A stretch of DNA of 64,000 bases from Candidatus Tethybacter castellensis (GTDB taxonomy: Bacteria; Pseudomonadota; Gammaproteobacteria; Tethybacterales; Tethybacteraceae): NCBI GenBank assembly GCA_036679665.1, contig JAZHEJ010000042.1, positions 4,137 to 68,136 on the forward strand, in the 5' to 3' direction. Positions 56,791 through 64,000 of this stretch are shown here, in pieces; position 1 is the first letter of the stretch; every line of letters begins with the position of its first letter. The notes beneath the pieces are model-generated. The model saw only the letters and a program-made list of their open reading frames with translations, was not told the origin of the DNA and ran no database searches. Made by a program: the position numbers and the translations under genes.

Positions 56791-57846
56791 TTATTTTACG
56801 AAATTGTCGACTTTCGCAAGCTTGCCGCGTACTAGCGGCGGAGTCATTAGCCAGTGTTCGCAAAAATTATCAGGCAAAAGGCGCATCAATCTACTTAAGC
56901 TAGCGATGATTAAGATTGTAAACACGATTCGGGCAAACAATACGCCAAACAAATGCGCCCCGAACAGCAAGGATATTAACGAGTCTTCTAGCAATGAGTG
57001 ACAGATGCTTAAAGTTGCGACGGTCAAAAACATGTCACGTCGATCAATTTTCCCTGAACGCATTTCGTTCAGCAACAGCGCCGCACCGTACGTTATGCCC
57101 AAAACCAAGCCGATTATCGCGACCACCGCGGCGGAGTGATGGATACCCAGGATGCGCATCAACGGTTTGAGTAAAAATATAAATATGCGTTCGATATTCC
57201 AGATCCGCAGGTAGTACATCAACAGGTTGAGCATAAAAATAACCGTAAAAAATACCACCCAGATTCGCAGTTGTCCGAACAGCCATTGCACCCAGGTGGC
57301 AGTGTCGCCGGCAGTGCCTACCACAAACAAGGTGGCCGGTTCTTGGAGCCAGTTCAGTGCCAAAAAGAAATGATTAAGCAAAAAACCCAGTGCAAAGGCG
57401 GTCCCAAAGCGCAATAAAACTGTCACCCAGGCTCGTACCCCAAGATACTGGGCGAGCCTTACTTCAACCACAATCGCGTGCGCCTCTAACAAGAGCAACG
57501 CGAATATTGTTGCCTGGGCGGTGGAAAGCTGAAGTTCATGCCAGTTTTCCGCCAAGAGCGCAAAACCTGCTAGTGGTTGGATTAGGATCGCCGCCGCCCA
57601 ACCGACCCCGGCTTGTCCGGGCAGGCCGACCAGCTGCATTATCGGCACTAGCAGATTGCCCAGTGTAACAAGTAGCGGTATGAACATTTCAATGATCCGG
57701 AGCCCCAACAGGATCGGAAAAGTGAGCCAGAAGACAAAGGTAAAAGTTGCGACGCTAAGTCGCAATTGCGCGATGATAGTCGCAAAGATGTTGCGGTAAG
57801 CGGGTCGATGGTTGGACGAGGTGTCCTGTGAATCGCTGGTAGACAT
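56791..57846 (-). CDS. Polytopic membrane protein, nucleoside-recognition (Gate) domain-like
   Basis: About 8-10 hydrophobic helices. The sequence (LVPIMQLVGLPGQAGVGWAAAILIQP...) resembles FeoB/SpmA-type Gate domains. The family call is tentative. Confidence 0.5.
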   Translation of the reverse strand: MSTSDSQDTSSNHRPAYRNIFATIIAQLRLSVATFTFVFWLTFPILLGLRIIEMFIPLLVTLGNLLVPIMQLVGLPGQAGVGWAAAILIQPLAGFALLAENWHELQLSTAQATIFALLLLEAHAIVVEVRLAQYLGVRAWVTVLLRFGTAFALGFLLNHFFLALNWLQEPATLFVVGTAGDTATWVQWLFGQLRIWVVFFTVIFMLNLLMYYLRIWNIERIFIFLLKPLMRILGIHHSAAVVAIIGLVLGITYGAALLLNEMRSGKIDRRDMFLTVATLSICHSLLEDSLISLLFGAHLFGVLFARIVFTILIIASLSRLMRLLPDNFCEHWLMTPPLVRGKLAKVDNFVK

Positions 57847-57849
57847 TAA

Positions 57850-59235
57850 ATGCTGGGCCTAGCTGCTTCTATAATCAACCCTGTGGAATTCTACGGCTTT
57901 GCAAACAATGAAGCGCAGTTGCGCCAGATCGCGGAGGATGTGCTTGATCTTGCGGCTGCCAAAGGAGCCGACGGGGCGCAAGTGTCGCTGGGCGAATCAT
58001 TCGGGCTGAATGTCGATGTGCGCGCCGGCTTTCCTGAACAGATTGATTTTAGCCAACAGGTCAGCCTCGATATTGTGGTTTATATAGGTAAACGCACCGG
58101 CGCGGCCAGTTGCAGTTCGCTGGTTCGCAAGGATATTGAACAGAGCATAGAACGCAGTATTGTCATTGCCCGTCAGATGCACGAAGATGATTGCAACGGG
58201 TTGCCCGAGGTCGAGTTGCTCAATTTGGATAATCATATGGATTTGGATGTCTGTCACCCATGGCGCCCCAATGTCGAAGAGGCGGTGCGGATTGCCGCGG
58301 AAACTGCGCAAGCGAGCTGGGAAACAGACAAGCGAATCAACCGTACCAAAAGTGACGGTGCAGGGGTGAGCACGAGCGAAAGTCGTATCGTGCTGGCCAA
58401 TTCATTAGGCTTCATGGCGGCGCGCGACATTAGTAGTCATATGGTATCTTGCGGAGTGATAGCCGATTTGGATCATGGCATGGAAACCGCGCACTGGTAT
58501 GACAGCAAGATCGCCGCGCCGGATTTACAGGATCATCTCAAGATCGGCGCCATTGCCGCGCGGCGCGCGGTGGCGCGAGCCGGCCGACGTAAAGTCTCTA
58601 CCTGTAAAGTACCGGTGGTTTTTGAAACCGGATCCGCTCACAGCCTGATCAGAACATTGTGTTCAGCAATAAGCGGCGGCAGTGTTTATCGCAAGCTAAG
58701 TTATCTGGTCGACAAGGTGGGCGAACCGGTGGCGGCCGATCATCTGACCGTACATGAAAACCCCTTTGCCCAACGACGCTTTGGCAGTACCTGCTATGAC
58801 GCCGAGGGGGTTCGCACCACAACTCGCGATGTGATCAAAGACGGGGTACTTACCACTTATCTGCTTGACAGCTATACGGCGCGCAAACTCAAATTGCAGT
58901 CGACCGGGCATGCCGGCGGTACCCACAATCTTGAAGTACGTTGCCGTGAAGCAACATTAGAGGAGCTGCTAGGCCAGATGGAGCGCGGCCTGTTCGTTAC
59001 CGATTTGGTCGGTAAGGGCGGAAATATCGTAACCGGCGATTATTCTGCCGGCGCCAGCGGATTTTGGATTGAGCAAGGCAAGATTGCCTATCCAGTTGAA
59101 GAAGCGACCATTGCCGGTACGCTACCGCAACTATTGGCCGGTATCGTAGCCGGCGCGGACGACGCCCGCACGCTAGGCGGATTAAGTTGCGGTTCGTTAC
59201 TGGTTGAGCAACTCGCAGTAGGCGGAGCAACTTAG
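57850..59235 (+). CDS. pmbA: PmbA/TldE metalloprotease-family protein
   Basis: Size and motifs of the PmbA_TldD family (GADGAQVSL..., YRKLSYL, GHAGGTHNL, TGDYSAGASGFWIEQGKIAYPVEE). Confidence 0.85.
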   Translation: MLGLAASIINPVEFYGFANNEAQLRQIAEDVLDLAAAKGADGAQVSLGESFGLNVDVRAGFPEQIDFSQQVSLDIVVYIGKRTGAASCSSLVRKDIEQSIERSIVIARQMHEDDCNGLPEVELLNLDNHMDLDVCHPWRPNVEEAVRIAAETAQASWETDKRINRTKSDGAGVSTSESRIVLANSLGFMAARDISSHMVSCGVIADLDHGMETAHWYDSKIAAPDLQDHLKIGAIAARRAVARAGRRKVSTCKVPVVFETGSAHSLIRTLCSAISGGSVYRKLSYLVDKVGEPVAADHLTVHENPFAQRRFGSTCYDAEGVRTTTRDVIKDGVLTTYLLDSYTARKLKLQSTGHAGGTHNLEVRCREATLEELLGQMERGLFVTDLVGKGGNIVTGDYSAGASGFWIEQGKIAYPVEEATIAGTLPQLLAGIVAGADDARTLGGLSCGSLLVEQLAVGGAT

Positions 59236-59246
59236 CAGCCAGGGCG

Positions 59247-60056
59247 TTATGCCGGCGGCGCCAGGGTAAACCACAGCGCAACGAGTATTCCGACCGCGAT
59301 TCGGTACCAGCCAAACGGACGAAAATCGCGCGTGGCCACATAGCCTAGCAGCCAGCGTACCGCAAATAAAGCACTTAGAAAAGATACGCCAAAAGCAAGC
59401 GCTATAAACGCGGTGTTTTCATCAGCCAATACGCTTTTGTTTTGCCACAGATCAAAGAGTGAGGCGGCAAATATAACCGGAATAGCCAAAAAAAATGAAA
59501 ACTCCGTGGCCGCGGAGCGGGACAGTCCCGTTAGCCTGCCGCCCATGATAGTAGCCGCGGAACGCGACACGCCGGGAAACAGCGACAGAATCTGGGCGAT
59601 ACCAACCCATAACGCGTCACGCATATTCATGTCGTCAATGCTAGACACACGTTCAGTAATGTGCCGGCGTTCAATCAGAATTATCGCTACTCCGCCGACG
59701 ATAAGCGCTCCTGCCACAGTCAGCGGATTAAACAGCAATTCTTTAATTTGAACATGCACCGCCAAGCCCACCACGGCCGCGGGAAAAAATGCTATGGCCA
59801 ACCGCAGGATGAATCTTTGGGTTTGAGCTGACGACAGCGAAAGTACTAGTTGACCAAGCCGAATCCGGTAGTGCCAACAAACTGCCAGGATCGCGCCAAA
59901 CTGAATAATGACGATAGTAGCGTCAATACCTTCTCCGCTGCGTCCTAGCAAACGCGCCGCCACTATCAGGTGACCGGTCGAGGACACCGGCAAAAATTCG
60001 GTCAGTCCTTCGACCAAACCAAGCAGCATTGCCGCCCAAGCATCGCCTGCGGACAT
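59247..60056 (-). CDS. uppP: Undecaprenyl-diphosphate phosphatase
   Basis: LGLVEGLTEFLPVSSTGHL and PGVSRSAATI motifs. I chose the start at MSAGDAW, 2 nt after the dcd stop. Confidence 0.9.
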   Translation of the reverse strand: MSAGDAWAAMLLGLVEGLTEFLPVSSTGHLIVAARLLGRSGEGIDATIVIIQFGAILAVCWHYRIRLGQLVLSLSSAQTQRFILRLAIAFFPAAVVGLAVHVQIKELLFNPLTVAGALIVGGVAIILIERRHITERVSSIDDMNMRDALWVGIAQILSLFPGVSRSAATIMGGRLTGLSRSAATEFSFFLAIPVIFAASLFDLWQNKSVLADENTAFIALAFGVSFLSALFAVRWLLGYVATRDFRPFGWYRIAVGILVALWFTLAPPA

Positions 60057-60058
60057 GT

Positions 60059-60625
60059 CTACAGCTTCGGCAAGGTAAGCTCCAGTTGGTTTTGGTACTT
60101 GCCGTCGCGGTCGCGGTACGAGGTACGGCAAGGTTCGCGGGCCGCGAAGAACAAAAACTGGGCAATGCCTTCGTTGGCGTATATTTTGGCCGGTAACGGC
60201 GTGGTGTTTGACAGCTCAAGTGTTACATGCCCTTCCCATTCCGGTTCCAGCGGGGTGACATTGACGATAATTCCGCATCGGGCGTATGTTGATTTCCCGA
60301 CGCAGATGGTCATGATGTCGCGCGGAATGCGAAAGTATTCCATTGTGTTTGCCAAGGCAAACGAGTTGGGTGGAATGATGCAACTATCGCCGCGCTGATC
60401 GACCATTGAGGACATGTCAATGTGCTTGGGATCAACCAAAGTCGCGTTGAGATTGGTAAACACTTTAAAGTGGTTGTCGCAACGCGCATCGTAGCCGTAG
60501 CTTGAAGTGCCATACGAAAGGGCGGCTTCGCCGTTGGCGTTTACCTTGATCTGCTCGGCGCTAAACGGCTCAATCATGCCTTTGCGGGCCATTTCTTCAA
60601 TCCAGTGGTCGGGCATCACACTCAT
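60059..60625 (-). CDS. dcd: dCTP deaminase
   Basis: IEPF..., SSYGYDARC and the [25 protein letters not shown] motifs; 188 aa. Confidence 0.9.
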   Translation of the reverse strand: MSVMPDHWIEEMARKGMIEPFSAEQIKVNANGEAALSYGTSSYGYDARCDNHFKVFTNLNATLVDPKHIDMSSMVDQRGDSCIIPPNSFALANTMEYFRIPRDIMTICVGKSTYARCGIIVNVTPLEPEWEGHVTLELSNTTPLPAKIYANEGIAQFLFFAAREPCRTSYRDRDGKYQNQLELTLPKL

Positions 60626-60642
60626 GGGCGACTATTCTAGCT

Positions 60643-61599
60643 TTAGCGCATGGCGCGCAATAACTCGTCAGGGCGGTCCAGGCAAAGCGCAAGCCGGGTA
60701 CGAAAACCTTGGGGGTCATGCGGATTTAGTACCCGCGCGGCGCGCGGATTGAGAATATCAAGATGGCGCGACAGCCAAAACCGCAACGCGGCACTGACAA
60801 AAATGTCGGCCAGCAAGTCGGGGTGCTCAGGTAGCAACGGCAACTTACGCTTATAAGCGCCCAGCATTGCGGCCAGATGATCGTGATAAATGGTGCCTTG
60901 GTCGTCCATGCACCAATCAATACATGCTACGGCAAGATCAAATGCCGGCAGATCGTGCCCGGCAAAATAAAAGTCGATTATGCCGTTGATGTGTTCGTTG
61001 ACCCACAGCACGTTGTTGCGAAACAAGTCGCAGTGACAGGCCAGTTCAGGCAACCCAGCTTCAGCTACGCGACGATCGGCTTTTTGAGCGCGCTCTAAAA
61101 GTATGCGGTCGTTGGAAGATAAGTGGGGGGCGATTTGTCGCGCGGCATTCTTACGCCAGGCATGGCCGCGCGGGTTGGGGATTTGACCGCCAAAGTCGTC
61201 AGCGTCTTGATGCAAACTGGCGATCTGCGCGCCCATTGTGGCGCATTCGATAGGAGTCGGTTGCAGACGCGGTTCTCCGGACGCAAATGCAACCACCGCT
61301 GCGGGCTTGTCATCGAAAATCGTGCAAGTTGAACCTTTACGGTTTTGCAAAGTTTGCGGCACAGCCAACTTCTTATTGTGCATGTGCAAGGCAAGATCGA
61401 GACAGTAGGTCGCGATATCCATTGACCATACCTCGACGATGGTAAATACGTATGCGGACGAATCGGCGCAAACGATACGGTAGTTGGTGTTTTCGATACC
61501 ATCAGTGATCGGCTCGGGCTCCGCAATCAGTTCCAGGCTATAGTTTTGTGCCAGCCACTGGCTAAGGACAGGGTGCTCGACGTGGGTAAAAACCGCCAT
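60643..61599 (-). CDS. thrB: Homoserine kinase, type II (aminoglycoside-phosphotransferase fold)
   Basis: MAVFTHVEHPVLSQWLAQNYSL...GIENTNYRI N-terminus, a catalytic-loop-like CHCDLFRNNVLW and an IIDFYFAG motif. Confidence 0.8.
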   Translation of the reverse strand: MAVFTHVEHPVLSQWLAQNYSLELIAEPEPITDGIENTNYRIVCADSSAYVFTIVEVWSMDIATYCLDLALHMHNKKLAVPQTLQNRKGSTCTIFDDKPAAVVAFASGEPRLQPTPIECATMGAQIASLHQDADDFGGQIPNPRGHAWRKNAARQIAPHLSSNDRILLERAQKADRRVAEAGLPELACHCDLFRNNVLWVNEHINGIIDFYFAGHDLPAFDLAVACIDWCMDDQGTIYHDHLAAMLGAYKRKLPLLPEHPDLLADIFVSAALRFWLSRHLDILNPRAARVLNPHDPQGFRTRLALCLDRPDELLRAMR

Positions 61600-62525
61600 T
61601 ATCGTACTTGTGGCGAAGAAAAATAGTTGGCCCAATATTCAATGCCAAGCACAGCTAATATGCCGAAGACAAAGCAGGCCCCGGCAAGCAGGTATTGCGG
61701 TTCAGGCAGTTCGGTTGGCCAGACCGCTATTTGTAAAATTTGCCTGATATCACCGGTCTGTTCTTTCCACGGCCACAGTTTAGGCAATACCCCAAGCATG
61801 AAACTCGCCAGTACCGCCATAACCGGCAGATACAGGTGGACAAGTAGCTTACGCAGTAGCTTGGCAAATAATGCCAGCCCTAATAATCCTCCACTGGCGA
61901 AGCTAAGCAAAACCGCGAAATTCAGTTCATGCACGGCATCGATTAAAAACGGATATACGCCAATGAGCAACAACACAAAACTACCGGAAATACCAGGCAA
62001 AATCATCGCGCACAACGCTAGCATGCCAGCAAGAAAGTAGCCTGACAACGGCGGGGCGTTTTGCAAGGTTGCAGTCGGAGCAAATACGACAAGCATCGCG
62101 GTTCCCATTCCACCTAGCACACACAATATCAACAGTAGATTGAAAGGGCGCAATTTATAGAGGATGCGTAACGCCGCGACAAAGGTTAGGCCGCAAAAAA
62201 AAGACAGCAATGCGATGGATTGGTTTATCAACAGGTGACGTAACGGAGTAGCAGCGGTTACGATTGCCACCACCGCGCCGCTGAATAAAACCAGCAAGAA
62301 AGTACCGTCGATTGCGCGCCACATAACTCGGAGTTGACCTTTGAACAAAAACAACCAAACTGTCGGACTCGCGCAAAGATTCAAAGCTTTGATTAGCCGG
62401 CCATAGATTCCGGTAATCAATGCCAGGGTGCCGCCTGAAACTCCGGGGACCAGATCGGCAAGTCCGATTGCGATACCGCATGCGAACACTCCGGTCAAGC
62501 GACGACCGTTCGGCTTTTGGGTCAT
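61599..62525 (-). CDS. DUF368 domain membrane protein (PopT-type candidate polyprenyl-phosphate transporter family)
   Basis: VPGVSGGTLALITGIY repeated as LPGISGSFVLLLIGVY (the two-repeat DUF368 signature), with about 8 TM helices. Confidence 0.8.
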   Translation of the reverse strand: MTQKPNGRRLTGVFACGIAIGLADLVPGVSGGTLALITGIYGRLIKALNLCASPTVWLFLFKGQLRVMWRAIDGTFLLVLFSGAVVAIVTAATPLRHLLINQSIALLSFFCGLTFVAALRILYKLRPFNLLLILCVLGGMGTAMLVVFAPTATLQNAPPLSGYFLAGMLALCAMILPGISGSFVLLLIGVYPFLIDAVHELNFAVLLSFASGGLLGLALFAKLLRKLLVHLYLPVMAVLASFMLGVLPKLWPWKEQTGDIRQILQIAVWPTELPEPQYLLAGACFVFGILAVLGIEYWANYFSSPQVR

Positions 62526-63289
62526 GGTTTGCTAGTTAGCGCACCAAGCGCCGCAGCATGCAAGACGGGATTGCCCGCGGCGACAATATTTCCTTTGCAA
62601 TCAAAGCTAGGCGGATTACCGGCAAAATCAGTTACACACGCGCCGGCAGCTTCAAGCAGCGCGACACAAGCCAACCAGTCGTACGGCTTGAGACCCTCTT
62701 CTACCGCCAGATCTAAGGTTCCGTCCGCAACACAGCCAAAGTTGAACGCATCGCCGCCGTAACGAACGTGCGCGCAGGATGTGAGCAGGTTGCGCACCGC
62801 ATCGCTTGCGGGGGGCAAGGTAATCGAGATGGTGGCTTCATTTAAATCGGTGATTGTTGTACCGCGACATGGTACCGGGCCAAGTAACCGCTCATCGCGA
62901 TAGCAAGTATGTCCGGCTATGCCGTACCAGCGCTTGGCCAACGCCGGCATTTCGATAACACCTAGCGCAGGCTTGCCTGCAACGACCAAACCGATCAAGG
63001 TGCTATACAACGGGCTACCGGAAATAAATCCGATTGAGCCGTCAATCGGATCCAGCACCCATTGGTAATTACCGTCTTTGCGTCCGAATTCTTCGCCCCA
63101 AATGGCGTGTTCAGGTACTTTTTTGGTCAACAACTCGCGCATTTTTCGTTCGCACACAAGATCTTTTTCGGTAAACGGGCTACCGTCATCTTTGCTAGAA
63201 ATTGTTAATTTTTCAGCGCTGTTCAGTTCTTCGCGAGCAATATTCGCCATTGTCAGCGCCAGCTCAAGGTAAGAAGAAAGGTCGGGCAC
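62522..63289 (-). CDS. Inositol monophosphatase family protein (SuhB/HisN-like)
   Basis: WGEEF, WVLDPIDGSIGF and the WD-containing C-terminal motif (YDWLACVALLEAAG). GTG start. Confidence 0.8.
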   Translation of the reverse strand: MPDLSSYLELALTMANIAREELNSAEKLTISSKDDGSPFTEKDLVCERKMRELLTKKVPEHAIWGEEFGRKDGNYQWVLDPIDGSIGFISGSPLYSTLIGLVVAGKPALGVIEMPALAKRWYGIAGHTCYRDERLLGPVPCRGTTITDLNEATISITLPPASDAVRNLLTSCAHVRYGGDAFNFGCVADGTLDLAVEEGLKPYDWLACVALLEAAGACVTDFAGNPPSFDCKGNIVAAGNPVLHAAALGALTSKP

Positions 63290-63328
63290 GTAGTTGAAAT
63301 CAGTTGGCGTAACCTAGAATTCTAAGCA

Positions 63329-64000
63329 ATGTCGGATGAACAGGGTCCAACCCAGGTCACAGCATACCTGCAAGACCTGCAACAGCGGCTAACTGCCAAG
63401 CTGTCAGCGTGTGATGGCGCGGACTTTTTTTTACAACCCTGGCAATCAGAGCTTGGTTCGGGAAAAGGGATGATTTTGGAGCAAGGCCAGGTGTTTGAAC
63501 GCGCGGCGATAAGCTATTCGCACGTTGCCGCCGCTCGGTTGCCAGACGCAGCAACGCAAAAGCGTCCGGAACTAGCCGGTGTGCCATATGAGGCTATGGG
63601 CGTGTCGTTGATTGTTCACCCCCAAAACCCATTTGTACCAACCATTCATCTGAATGTACGCATGTTCAGTACCCGAAGCGAAAAACCGATTTGGTGGTTT
63701 GGTGGAGGCATGGACCTTACTCCCGCTTATGGTTTCGTTGAAGATTGTAAGCATTTTCACGCCTGCTGTCAGGCGGCACTTGCGCCGCATGGCAAAGAGC
63801 TTTACGCAAAGTTCAAAGCTCGTTGTGACGAATATTTTTATTTAAAACATCGCCAACATAACCGAGGAATCGGTGGGATTTTTTTTGATGATTATGACGT
63901 CGGAGGTTTCGCCGCAGCGTTTGCGGTTGTTCGCGCGGTCGGTGATTCCTTTGCCAAAGCTTATCTGCCGTTGGTCGAAAAAAGACGCAATACTGAGTAC
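63329..64000 (+). CDS. hemF: Oxygen-dependent coproporphyrinogen-III oxidase, 3'-truncated by the window edge
   Basis: Absent from the ORF track because no stop falls within the window. Hand translation gives MSDEQGPTQVTAYLQDLQ...SLIVHPQNPFVPTIHLNVRMF...WWFGGGMDLTPAYGF...GIGGIFFDD, which is classic HemF. Confidence 0.9.
   Translation, partial: MSDEQGPTQVTAYLQDLQQRLTAKLSACDGADFFLQPWQSELGSGKGMILEQGQVFERAAISYSHVAAARLPDAATQKRPELAGVPYEAMGVSLIVHPQNPFVPTIHLNVRMFSTRSEKPIWWFGGGMDLTPAYGFVEDCKHFHACCQAALAPHGKELYAKFKARCDEYFYLKHRQHNRGIGGIFFDDYDVGGFAAAFAVVRAVGDSFAKAYLPLVEKRRNTEY

Noticed and set aside
1-64000. A search by eye for rRNA, tRNA, tmRNA/SRP-like RNAs, CRISPR-type spaced repeats, IS elements or transposases, integrases, toxin-antitoxin pairs, restriction-modification systems and other defence genes.
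   Set aside because: I found none. Intergenic space is too short (only three gaps exceed 150 bp), and every sizeable ORF is explained by a housekeeping family or by the few hypotheticals listed. A proper tRNAscan, Infernal or defence-finder run would be needed to be definitive.

Overview
This 64-kb window is densely packed with protein-coding genes: about 60 CDS on both strands, many start/stop overlaps of 1-8 nt, and intergenic gaps mostly under 100 bp. It looks like chromosomal backbone of a gammaproteobacterium. zipA is present and classic synteny blocks are intact: ubiB-hemC-hemD-hemX-hemY, trxA-rho, rlmE-ftsH-[x]-glmM, acpP-fabF, smc-zipA-ligA, accA-tilS, nuoJKLMN, pilT next to yggS-proC, dapA-bamC and dcd-uppP. 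An aas-like synthetase enters from the left edge and hemF runs off the right edge. I found no rRNA, tRNA, CRISPR array, transposase, integrase, phage gene or recognisable defence-island content. I therefore do not think the window holds a discrete mobile or accessory 'novel system', and claiming one would be over-reading. What stands out is a set of local departures from the conserved backbone. (1) A visibly AT-richer pair encodes a CHASE2 class III adenylate cyclase and a class II cyclic-nucleotide phosphodiesterase. (2) The lutA-lutB-lutC lactate-utilisation operon has an NAD-dependent D-2-hydroxyacid dehydrogenase translationally coupled between lutB and lutC. (3) The folP slot between ftsH and glmM holds an unrelated signal-peptide ORF. 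(4) nuoJKLMN sits alone behind tilS, with no nuoA-I nearby. (5) leuC is present without leuD. (6) Several housekeeping genes have unusual architecture: a possible 84-codon basic N-terminal extension or C-rich leader of rho, an apparently duplicated FtsZ-binding module in ZipA, a ~100-aa insertion in LigA, a short TilS, and MurJ homology that extends upstream of any canonical start codon. (7) uppP and a DUF368 gene, both linked to undecaprenyl-phosphate recycling, lie in one tightly packed gene string. All functional calls come from motif recognition and synteny by eye. No database search, HMM or composition calculation was run.
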